64,000 bases of DNA from Candidatus Fermentibacteraceae bacterium (GTDB lineage Bacteria > Fermentibacterota > Fermentibacteria > Fermentibacterales > JCC-6): the NCBI GenBank assembly GCA_041750285.1, contig JBGSZS010000018.1, positions 128,001-192,000 of the forward strand, read 5' to 3'. The position numbers were made by a program, and so were the translations under genes. This document shows positions 55,697-64,000 of the stretch, piece by piece. The notes beneath the pieces are model-generated. The model made no database searches and had not been told where the DNA came from. It saw only the letters and a program-made list of their open reading frames with translations. The stretch's first letter is position 1. Each line of letters starts with the position of its first letter.

Positions 55697-57480
55697 CAGT
55701 CGTCACCCCCCCCGGAGGTCTTCTGGGCCTCGGCCTCGAGCTGCTGCATCCTGTAAAGCTCGGTGTAGAAACCGTCCTTCGAGAGAAGCTGTTCGTGGGT
55801 TCCCTTTTCCACGATCCTTCCCCGCTCCATCACCAGAACCATGTCGGCGTGCTGCACGGTGCTTATCCTGTGTGATATGATGATGGTCGTTATGTTGCTG
55901 GTCTTCCGCTTGACGGCCTTCAGTATCACGTCCTCAGTCTCGGTGTCGACCGCGCTGAGGCTGTCGTCAAGAACCAGGATCCCGGGGTTCGTGGCCAGAG
56001 CCCTGGCAATTGCCACACGCTGCTTCTGGCCGCCCGAGAGCGTTACTCCCCGTTCCCCGACCACGGTTTCGAATCCCTGGGGGAAACCCATTATCTCGGA
56101 AGCTATGTCAACGGTTTCGGCAAGTTCGCGGATCCTCTCCGGCGGAAGGGGTCCCGCTCCGAACGAGATGTTCTCGCCTATCGTCATGGCGAAAAGGAAA
56201 GTCTCCTGCGGAACGTAGCCGAAAAGCCCCCTGAGGTTGTGGAGCTTGAGGTCGGCCACATCCCTGCCCCCCACGAATACCGTTCCCCGCGGGGGATCGT
56301 AGAGCCGCATCAGAAGCTCCACCAGGGTTGTCTTTCCGCTTCCCGTGCGCCCGACTATGCCAAGTGTCCTGCCGCTTTCGAGCGAAAAAGCCACTTCCTC
56401 CAGAACGTTGGTGCCCGTTTCAGGGTAGGCGAAGGTGAGGTTGCGCACCTCGATGACTGGTTCGGGGACGGCTGGGTCGCTGCCGTCGCTTATCGACGGG
56501 ACGGTGTTGATTATTCGCATGAGCCTGGCCATGCTTGCAGCACCCCTCTGAAGCATGTTCACAACGAAGCCGATGGCCATCATGGGCCAGGTGAGCATTG
56601 CGAGGTAGCTTGAAAAGGCCACGAACTGTCCCAGACTGATGGAACCGCCGATCACCATCCGGCCCCCGGCCGCAAGCAGGATGGCGTTCCCCGCCAGGGC
56701 CAGTGTCGCCACCAGGGGCTGAAAGAAGCCCCAGACCCTTGCAAGGTGGATGTTCTGGTCCATGTTCAGCCTGGCCTTTGCATCGAACAGACCGTTCTCG
56801 GACTCCTCGTCGCCGTAGGCCTTGACCACCCTGATGCCGCTGAAAGCTTCCTGGGCCTTGTCGGAAAGCTCGCTGAACGCCATCTGGACCTTGTCGAACC
56901 TGTCGTGGATCATTCCCGAGAAGCGGGTGACCATCAGGGCGATGAGGGGCAGCGGGATCATGGTGACAAGGGTGAGCTTCCAGTCGATGGTGATGAGCAT
57001 GATAATGCTGGCGGCGCTCATGAAGATGGCGTCGAAGCTCGCGATGGTGGCCATTCCGCACGCCATGCGTACCGCGTTGATGTCGTTGGTGGCATGGGCC
57101 ATCACGTCGCCAACCTTTGTCTTGTCGAAGTAGTCGGCGGGGAGCGCCTGAAGGTGAGTGTAGAACTCGCTTCGAAGGTCGCGGTCTATCCTGTGGCTCG
57201 CCCCCACGATGAACCACCGCCAGAAGAACCTGCAGACGGCCATGCCCAGGGAAACCGCGACAACGGCCAGCCCCATCTTCCAGATGAAGCCGCTGGTCAC
57301 GTCGCCCGAGGCAAGGGCGTCTATAACCCTGCGGAAGATCAGCGGCACCACGAGCTGAAGGCCGTCGACCCCCACCAGGGCAAGAATGCCCAGAAACAGC
57401 GCTTTCTTATGCTTGAGTATCCTGCCGTAGATAAGCTTCAGGCTTGTTCTGTCGGCTTTCTTCTCACGGGCGCGGGACAT
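55696..57480 (-). CDS. ABC exporter half-transporter (BmrC/YheI/MdlA-like)
   Basis: TMD plus NBD; GRTGSGKT; LSGGQ; degenerate Walker B LVLDDS. Confidence 0.92.
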   Translation of the reverse strand: MSRAREKKADRTSLKLIYGRILKHKKALFLGILALVGVDGLQLVVPLIFRRVIDALASGDVTSGFIWKMGLAVVAVSLGMAVCRFFWRWFIVGASHRIDRDLRSEFYTHLQALPADYFDKTKVGDVMAHATNDINAVRMACGMATIASFDAIFMSAASIIMLITIDWKLTLVTMIPLPLIALMVTRFSGMIHDRFDKVQMAFSELSDKAQEAFSGIRVVKAYGDEESENGLFDAKARLNMDQNIHLARVWGFFQPLVATLALAGNAILLAAGGRMVIGGSISLGQFVAFSSYLAMLTWPMMAIGFVVNMLQRGAASMARLMRIINTVPSISDGSDPAVPEPVIEVRNLTFAYPETGTNVLEEVAFSLESGRTLGIVGRTGSGKTTLVELLMRLYDPPRGTVFVGGRDVADLKLHNLRGLFGYVPQETFLFAMTIGENISFGAGPLPPERIRELAETVDIASEIMGFPQGFETVVGERGVTLSGGQKQRVAIARALATNPGILVLDDSLSAVDTETEDVILKAVKRKTSNITTIIISHRISTVQHADMVLVMERGRIVEKGTHEQLLSKDGFYTELYRMQQLEAEAQKTSGGGDD

Positions 57481-57634
57481 GGGAAAACCTCATTCCATGG
57501 CGGGGACTGGATGCGGGAATATGACGCCCGGCATGGCTTTCCTGCAAGGTTGAAGGGGCTTGTCGGATGCCGTGCGACACGTCCTGATGAAGCCTTCGAA
57601 ACGTCAGCGGCAGATAGTTGCGGGATGCGTCCCT

Positions 57635-59023
57635 CTACTCCACCGGAAGCCCAGGACACAAAGCGATCTCGTCGGGGCGGGTCTTCATTCTTGCCGCGGC
57701 GTTCCTCAGGGCGCCCCGCAGGCCCTCCTCCACCACGGGGTGGTAGAAGGGCATGCGCAGCGCTCCCGAAACCGTGAGCTTCTGCTGGATCGCCCACGCG
57801 AGAAGATGGGCGATATGCTCGCCGTGCGGGGCCACCATCTCCGAGCCCAGAATCAGTCCGGTATCGGCGTCGGCGTAAACCCTGAGAAGCCCGTGGTTTT
57901 CGGCGGCGGTTACCGCTCTGCCCTGAGCGCCGAAGTCAGCCTCGCCGACAGCGGTTCTCTCCTTCGAAATCTCGCCGTAACGCATGCCGGCCACTGCTAT
58001 GTCTGGGCTGGTGAAAACTATCCCCAGCCTGGCCCTCCGACAGTACTCCCGGGGGGTTTCCTCGAAGGCGTTCCTTCCCGCGATGAAGCCGTCGTCAGCT
58101 GCTTCGTGAAGCACGGGCGCCCTTCCGTTGGCGTCTCCCGCCAGGAACACCCTGAGGTTTTCCACCTGCATAGTAAGCGGGTTGACCCGCGGAAGTCCCC
58201 GCCCATCCAGGGGAACACCCAGGTTCCCAAGCCCAAGTCCGGCGATGTTGGGTTTTCTTCCCACCGCCACCAGTATCTTCTGGAAAGGTTTGCCTCCGAC
58301 TGCGACCAGTTCACCGGCCTGTTCGATCTGAACGGCTGTTTCCAGGTGGATTGGGAACTCCCGGCCGAGGATCTCGACCGCCCGTTCCGAAACGAGGGGA
58401 TCGGTCATGCCGGCGATAGTGGGAGCGGCGTCGAATCCCTCCACCCTCACCCCAAGCCGGCTCATGGCCTGGGCCATCTCGAGGCCTATGGCGCCCAGAC
58501 CGATCACGGCAAGGCTTTCGGGAAGCTCTTCGATCTCGAAGAGCGTGTCGCTTGTCAGCAGATGGTCTGAGAACCGCATCCAGGGGGCGGGGATCACGGG
58601 TGTGGAGCCGGGGGCAATAATCAGGTTCCTGGCCCGTATCCTTCTGCCGTTCACCTCGACAAGGCCGGGTTCGAGGATGACCGCCCTACCGGCGATGTTC
58701 TTCTCACCCAGGCCGTCGGTCGATTCAAGGACGCCCTTCACGAACCGGTCCCGAAGCCTTCTCACCCTCTCCATGACCCTGCTGCCCACAACCTCGGGCG
58801 GTTCGGACGCTTTCATGCCCATCTCCCCGTGGAGAAGGGTCTTGTGGCGGATTCCGGCGGCCTCGATCAGGGCCTTCGATGGCATGCACCCAACCCTGGC
58901 ACAGGTTGTTCCGTAGGGGCCTTCATTGATTATCACGAAGTCACCGGTGCGCTTCCGAACCTGGGAAAGCGCTGTGAGTCCGGCAGTCCCGGCGCCTATG
59001 ATCACGACTTCCCTGTTTTCCAT
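57635..59023 (-). CDS. lpd: Dihydrolipoyl dehydrogenase-family flavoprotein
   Basis: GAGTAG; GTTCARVGCMPSK; GLGAIGLE; LAGD; YHPVVEE. Confidence 0.85.
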   Translation of the reverse strand: MENREVVIIGAGTAGLTALSQVRKRTGDFVIINEGPYGTTCARVGCMPSKALIEAAGIRHKTLLHGEMGMKASEPPEVVGSRVMERVRRLRDRFVKGVLESTDGLGEKNIAGRAVILEPGLVEVNGRRIRARNLIIAPGSTPVIPAPWMRFSDHLLTSDTLFEIEELPESLAVIGLGAIGLEMAQAMSRLGVRVEGFDAAPTIAGMTDPLVSERAVEILGREFPIHLETAVQIEQAGELVAVGGKPFQKILVAVGRKPNIAGLGLGNLGVPLDGRGLPRVNPLTMQVENLRVFLAGDANGRAPVLHEAADDGFIAGRNAFEETPREYCRRARLGIVFTSPDIAVAGMRYGEISKERTAVGEADFGAQGRAVTAAENHGLLRVYADADTGLILGSEMVAPHGEHIAHLLAWAIQQKLTVSGALRMPFYHPVVEEGLRGALRNAAARMKTRPDEIALCPGLPVE

Positions 59024-60567
59024 CACAGCCCCTCCCGAACCTCTGTGACCATTATCCTGGGCAGTTCCTCCCGAACCGACCACCCCTCGTGTGAAAGCAC
59101 TCCCAGAACCCCGGCACGGGTGGCGCCACCCGCAATGAGCCTGCGCGCCCTGTCTCCCACAAGCGCGTATGCCCCCCCTGTAAGGCTGTCGGTGAGTACG
59201 ACGGTTTCCGACCGGGTGCCGGGAAAGAGGACCTCGATGCGTCCCTCCAGCGTGACGAGCCCCTGCGCGTTCATGGGATGGATGCCGAGGGGTATCGGGC
59301 CGGTTATGTCCAGCTCAGCGGCGCTGCCCGTGATGATGCCCCAGGCCGCGGTGTCCACCCATCTTCTTACGGCTGAGGAGATGTCGGGGGGAGTCAGGTT
59401 TCCGAACCGCTGCGCAGCGTCGAAAAGGCTGCTCCAGTGGCCGGCGGAGATGGCGCCCGCACCCATCAGCCAGCACTGGGTGTCCATGGTTTGAGCCCTG
59501 ATGCCGTCCAGCGTAACCTGCGTCCGTACGACGCCGCGCATCATCTCGGGGTCGACCTCTCCGAGTGCAACGGTCCGAAGCACTTCGGTCAGAAGGGAAC
59601 AGGCAGCATGGGGGCTTGATGTGGTTACGTACATGAAGCCCCAGTTCTCGGTGTAAGTGGTAGTTACACCGGCGCCCGCGGCGTATGTGAGGGCATTGTC
59701 GGTCCTGAGGACCTGCCAGATCAGTTCGTCGGCCACCATCATCGCAGCCTGGAAGGCGGAAAGGTCAGGGTGACCCGCGGGGGGCGCCTTGAACTTGACC
59801 ACCACGTAGGTGGTCGTTGCGTCCATCTCCCTGATCACCATGGTGTCCCGCGGCGCGCCCGGGAGCGCGACGGTCTCAGGTTCGTCGGCGCCTGTTGGAA
59901 GCGTGCCAAAACTGCCCTCCAGAAGGTTTCTCAGCTCTTCGGGCTCAGTCGGACCGGCGTGGGTTATCAGCAGGTTGCCCCCGCGGACCCTCATCCCGAG
60001 AAGGCCGCGCATCTGATCCGCCGTGAACCCGCCCACCGTTTCCACGGTACCCTCGGGCCGGAGCAGGTATGGGTGACCGGCCGGCATGAAACCCTCGTTT
60101 GCAACAAGCCAGACCCTCTCATCGGGCTCCACCATCTCCACGCTCAACTGGGCGACCGAATGTCTTCTTACCCTTTCCACTGACGTTTCCGACAGCTCGG
60201 GCTCGGCAAGACACTGCAGGAGGCCCGTGACCAGAAGGGGCATGTCCTCCGCAAGGCACCGCAGGTGAAGCCGGCTGAAATCGTAGTTGTAGCTTCCCGT
60301 CAGTTCGGCCCTTGTGCGGTCCATGACCTCGCGCCAACGTTCACCGGGGAACTCGCCTCCACCCGCCAGCGCTGCTTCGAGCGCCAGGGCTTCCAGCCCC
60401 TGGGTTTCCGTATCCCTCAGCCTGGTCCCGCCGATGATGAATACGGACAGGCCCTCAACCTCACCGGGGATCGTGCGTGTGATCACCCCGATACCGTTGC
60501 CGAGGGTGAATGTCGTCACGTTCCCGGGCATCAAGGCCAGGATCGAACCAAGAAGTGCCCCGATCAC
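59023..60567 (-). CDS. M16 peptidase non-catalytic subunit with C-terminal extension
   Basis: M16-like fold motifs (FTLGNGI, GHPY..RPEGT, LRTDNALTY) without HxxEH. Confidence 0.8.
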   Translation of the reverse strand: MIGALLGSILALMPGNVTTFTLGNGIGVITRTIPGEVEGLSVFIIGGTRLRDTETQGLEALALEAALAGGGEFPGERWREVMDRTRAELTGSYNYDFSRLHLRCLAEDMPLLVTGLLQCLAEPELSETSVERVRRHSVAQLSVEMVEPDERVWLVANEGFMPAGHPYLLRPEGTVETVGGFTADQMRGLLGMRVRGGNLLITHAGPTEPEELRNLLEGSFGTLPTGADEPETVALPGAPRDTMVIREMDATTTYVVVKFKAPPAGHPDLSAFQAAMMVADELIWQVLRTDNALTYAAGAGVTTTYTENWGFMYVTTSSPHAACSLLTEVLRTVALGEVDPEMMRGVVRTQVTLDGIRAQTMDTQCWLMGAGAISAGHWSSLFDAAQRFGNLTPPDISSAVRRWVDTAAWGIITGSAAELDITGPIPLGIHPMNAQGLVTLEGRIEVLFPGTRSETVVLTDSLTGGAYALVGDRARRLIAGGATRAGVLGVLSHEGWSVREELPRIMVTEVREGL

Positions 60568-61853
60568 AGCACCCCTCCCTCCGGCGTCACCAGGAAAACG
60601 GCCCTTGGGGCCCCGGCGACATACCTTTCGACAAAATCCATGACCCGGGCATGCCCGGCAGTCTCAATGCTGTCCTCGTAGGTCTGATAGTACTCGAGAC
60701 CGTTGCCCTGCACCCACCAGAAGGGGAGGGATTCGATTGCAAGGTCACGGGAGGATTCCCGGGACAGCCGTCTGTCCCTTCTCAGAAGTTCCCGGGCCAT
60801 GGCAAGCCCCTCCTCGTCGAAGTACCCCGGGGCCGTCATGGCCTCGATCTCTTCGCAAAGCAGCTCCAGTCCCTCCTCGAGTCTCTCGGGGGCTATCGTG
60901 CCTCCGAAGGTCACCGCGGGGGAGAACCGCTGGGTGTAATAGCTGCCGTACACCTGTGAGAAGGGGCCGTCGGTGACAAGGTTGCGCTGGAACCTTCTGC
61001 TTTCGAGGCTGAGGTAGCTTCCCCAGACATCGCCGGCGTAGGTCGCCGACCTGTCCCCTGCGATGGTCGGCCCCACCATCATTATCCTGACCTGTCCAAC
61101 TCCCTCGGGACCCCGAACCCGCACCGTGGTGTCGCTGTCAATCCTTATGGCGATGCCCAGCGAGTCGAAGTCGCTCATGCCACCGGTTCCCCACGAACCG
61201 AACACCCGGGCGGCTTCGCTCATGGCCGTTTCCTCATCGATGTCTCCCAGGATGAACAACGCCGCATTGTCTGCCGTGTAGTACTTCTCCTGGAACATCC
61301 GCATCACTTCCGGAGAGGCGGACCGGATCACTTCGAGGTCACCGATCGTGTTGCCCCGCCAGGGTTCGGGATAGACCGTGTTCTCCACCGCCTTCCAGTA
61401 ATCCCACCACGGGGATGAGGCATTTCTCAGGTACTCGTCGGTTATCACGGCGCGTTCGCGTTCCATCTCCCCCTGGTCGAAAAGGGGGGTCACCATTGCA
61501 TCCCTCATGAACACCATGCCCTCCCGGAAAAGGGCGGACTCCAGGGTGATATAGTAGCGGACCACCTCATCCGAGGTGGTGCCGTTCCTGACGATCCCGA
61601 GCGCTCTCAGCCTGTCGTTGTACGCGGTCTGGTCTGGAAGGGCGGAATTGCCCTTGAAGAACATGTGTTCGTAGAAGTGCGCCAGACCGTTCGTCATCCC
61701 TGTTTCACAGGTCGCGCCGGTCTTGACCGTCACGCAGATGGTCACCACCGGCGCGGTACCGTCCCGGGCGGTGTAAACCTGAAGGCCGTTGGGCAGGGTA
61801 ACCGAACTGAGATCCATGCCCATGATGCCGAGAGCAAGAAGTGCCGCGTTCAA
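60564..61853 (-). CDS. M16 zinc peptidase catalytic subunit
   Basis: TLPNGL; NGLAHFYEHMFFKG (HxxEH); ERAVITDE. Confidence 0.9.
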   Translation of the reverse strand: MNAALLALGIMGMDLSSVTLPNGLQVYTARDGTAPVVTICVTVKTGATCETGMTNGLAHFYEHMFFKGNSALPDQTAYNDRLRALGIVRNGTTSDEVVRYYITLESALFREGMVFMRDAMVTPLFDQGEMERERAVITDEYLRNASSPWWDYWKAVENTVYPEPWRGNTIGDLEVIRSASPEVMRMFQEKYYTADNAALFILGDIDEETAMSEAARVFGSWGTGGMSDFDSLGIAIRIDSDTTVRVRGPEGVGQVRIMMVGPTIAGDRSATYAGDVWGSYLSLESRRFQRNLVTDGPFSQVYGSYYTQRFSPAVTFGGTIAPERLEEGLELLCEEIEAMTAPGYFDEEGLAMARELLRRDRRLSRESSRDLAIESLPFWWVQGNGLEYYQTYEDSIETAGHARVMDFVERYVAGAPRAVFLVTPEGGVL

Positions 61854-61965
61854 GATCGGATTCTCCCTTCGCTTTTTGCTTCAGGTGATATACAAACACA
61901 CCGGTGTGGTTCCCACCTGGGAATCGATCACCGATGCGGGTATGTTTTCCCCGAGGGAGGCAAAA

Positions 61966-63114
61966 ATGGATTGGCGCATCGAACGGGGCAGGCTCGTGTG
62001 TCCGCCCCTGGTCCAGGGTCATGTTCATCTCTGCCAGACCCTTTTCCGGGGCATGGCCGAGTCCAGGCGGCTTATGTCCTGGCTCACCGGGCGCATCTGG
62101 CCGCTCGAGGCCTCCCACACTCCCGACACCATGGCAGTCTCTGTGATCCTGGGGTTGAGGGAGCTCTTCTCGTCGGGCTGCTGCGGTCTTCTGGACATGG
62201 GTTCGGTGGAACACTCGTCCGTCACTGCGCGAATCCTCCGCGAGAGCGGTGCCAGGGCACTGCTGGGCAACGCCCTCATGGACATGGGACCCTCGTTCAT
62301 TGCCAAACCCCTGCCATGGCTGCAGGACGAATCGGAACGCATCAGGAAAATGTGCGGAGACCGGTTGGGATACGCCTTCACTCCGCGGTTCGTCCTGTCA
62401 TGTTCATGCGAGCTTTGGGGCTGGCTGGCCGGGGAGGACGCATCCATCCACCGCTCGACCCACAGCTCCGAGGCGGCGGGCGAAATGAGTGACCCATCCA
62501 TACGGGCTGCCGGCGGAAACGTCCATCTGCTTGGGGAACTTGGTTTTCTGGGAAGCCGTACTGTCCTTGCACACTGCGTTCACCTCAGGAAGGGTGAACT
62601 TGAAACACTTGCCCGGACCGGTACTGCCGTGGCCCACTGCCCATGGGCGAACCTGAGGCTGGGAAGCGGGATAGCCGACGTTCCGGGAATGCTCGGGCTG
62701 GGGATCAGGGTTGTTGTCGGAAGCGACGGAGGGGCCTGCAACAACGGCCTCGACGTCTCGTCGGACCTGCGGCTGGCCATGGGGCTTGCGTCGGTCAGGG
62801 GCGGTCCGGAAAGGGTGTCCGGTGAGAGCTGGTTCTCCATGGCATCGCGGGAGTCGGCGGGGTTCTTCGGTTTTCCGATGGAGGAGGATTCAGCGGAACT
62901 GCTCGTCTCACAGCAGGAGACCGACGAACTGTGCTCCTGCGAGGACCCGTGGCGGTACATACTGGAACTGCCGTGGCGGGAACGGGTCACGAAACTCACC
63001 TGCGGCGGCAAGGTGCTTTTCGAAGACGGCGTCTTTCCAACCCTTCCCCCGCTTCCCATCTCCACGGGCGAAGCCCGTTCGAGGGTCCTCGACGGGATGA
63101 ACAGACTGGCATGA
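61966..63114 (+). CDS. Amidohydrolase, 5'-deoxyadenosine/MTA-SAH deaminase-like
   Basis: QGHVHLCQTLFRG; WPLE; THSSE; AHCVH; HCPWANLRLGSG; GSDGGACNN; RBS GAGGGAGG. Confidence 0.85.
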   Translation: MDWRIERGRLVCPPLVQGHVHLCQTLFRGMAESRRLMSWLTGRIWPLEASHTPDTMAVSVILGLRELFSSGCCGLLDMGSVEHSSVTARILRESGARALLGNALMDMGPSFIAKPLPWLQDESERIRKMCGDRLGYAFTPRFVLSCSCELWGWLAGEDASIHRSTHSSEAAGEMSDPSIRAAGGNVHLLGELGFLGSRTVLAHCVHLRKGELETLARTGTAVAHCPWANLRLGSGIADVPGMLGLGIRVVVGSDGGACNNGLDVSSDLRLAMGLASVRGGPERVSGESWFSMASRESAGFFGFPMEEDSAELLVSQQETDELCSCEDPWRYILELPWRERVTKLTCGGKVLFEDGVFPTLPPLPISTGEARSRVLDGMNRLA

Positions 63115-64000
63115 CAGCATCCCGAACAGTGGAAGTAGCCGTTCCAAGGCCGGTCTGGGGAACCTTCACCTATTCGGTCCCCCCCGAACTCGACGGTGGA
63201 ACACTGACGGGATGCCGGGTTGCGGTGGAGTTCGGCGGAGCCCGGGTGGTGGGAATGGTGTGGTCCGAGGGCTCCGCTCCCCGGGACAAAAGGGACTTGA
63301 AGCCCCTGCTCGAGCGGCTCGATCCCCACGCCCTGCCCCCCTCATGGGTGCTTCGGCTTCTGCGGTGGATGGCGGAATACTACTTCGCTCCGCCGGGATT
63401 GTGCGCTGCGTGCGGCTTTCCTCCCGGAATGCAGGGAGCCGCCGTCCGGGTGCTTGATGTGGCTAAGGGAGCCGGGCTCATGGAGTTATGCCGGAAACCC
63501 GGCATCCACCCGTACGATTCCCTGAAGGCTTCGGCCCCGCCAGGCTTTCCTTTCGAAGCCACCCTTTACGCGGATGCCGCCAGGGGACTGGCGCTGCTTC
63601 TCCATCGTCCGGGATCCCTGCCCCCGCAGAAGTTCGAGACGGTGGTTGAAGCAGTGCTGACACCGGGGGAACTTGTCTCTGCAGCCCAGGCCATAAGGGG
63701 CAGGGCACCGAAACAGGCGGATATCCTGGTGAGGGTCGCTTCAGCCATGGAGCCCGTTTCACGGTCCTGGCTACTCATGGAGTGCGGAGCCTCGCGGGAA
63801 TCCCTGAACAGGCTGGTGCTGCAGGGGCTTCTGCTGGAACGGAAGCGCGAGGTCTCCCGCGATCCCCTTCTCGGGCTGCCAACCGAGACCCATTCCGCCC
63901 CGGCGCTCACTCCCGACCAGCGGGCCGCGGTTGATACGGTCACGTCGGCGGGCAGGGGAACATTCCTTCTCCACGGCATAACGGGAAGCGGAAAGACCGA
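63111..64000 (+). CDS. priA: Primosomal protein N' (3' truncated by window edge)
   Basis: Manual translation from ATG 63111: VEVAVPRPVWGTFTYSVP..GCRVAVEFG...WMAEYY...LTPDQRAA...FLLHGITGSGKT. Confidence 0.92.
   Translation, partial: MTASRTVEVAVPRPVWGTFTYSVPPELDGGTLTGCRVAVEFGGARVVGMVWSEGSAPRDKRDLKPLLERLDPHALPPSWVLRLLRWMAEYYFAPPGLCAACGFPPGMQGAAVRVLDVAKGAGLMELCRKPGIHPYDSLKASAPPGFPFEATLYADAARGLALLLHRPGSLPPQKFETVVEAVLTPGELVSAAQAIRGRAPKQADILVRVASAMEPVSRSWLLMECGASRESLNRLVLQGLLLERKREVSRDPLLGLPTETHSAPALTPDQRAAVDTVTSAGRGTFLLHGITGSGKT

Noticed and set aside
1..64000. rRNA, tRNA and CRISPR arrays
   Set aside because: None recognised by eye; intergenic gaps are short and lack periodic repeats (tRNAscan and CRISPR finders were not run)

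Overview
GC-rich chromosomal segment of a diderm, probably anaerobic, peptide/amino-acid-fermenting bacterium. The gene content (PorV-like barrel, T9SS/FlgD-type C-terminal tails, GWxTD proteins) points to the FCB superphylum and recalls Ca. Fermentibacterota; this is an inference and was not checked. Contents in order: (1) a ~15 kb minus-strand outer-membrane operon with a clean sigma70 promoter: TonB-dependent receptor, ExbB, two ExbD, TonB, a CTD-tailed surface protein, a PorV-like barrel, two GWxTD proteins, a dead-looking M30-like metallopeptidase and a TPR lipoprotein; (2) a receiver/PEP-synthase N-domain fusion; (3) four uncharacterised membrane genes (DUF6754 cluster); (4) a ~17 kb mixed accessory block: a nucleotidyltransferase-wHTH pair with an operator palindrome, a 54-aa Cys-rich gene missed by the ORF track, pruA behind a Moco/Wco-type riboswitch, a hybrid kinase, a radical SAM/SPASM operon with three paralogous GAMCY proteins, and an adenylate cyclase-ATPase-TPR protein; (5) gcvT-H-PA-PB running into an orphan GlmL-like ATPase module; (6) a diguanylate cyclase, a GT-C-like protein, an MBL lipoprotein, a heterodimeric ABC exporter, lpd, an M16 protease pair, an amidohydrolase and the start of priA. 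No rRNA, tRNA, CRISPR array or transposase was seen. Best novelty candidates: the radical SAM + 3x GAMCY operon, the P3-less Moco-type riboswitch on pruA, and the SusD-less TBDR/PorV module. Family names come from recalled motifs, not database searches.
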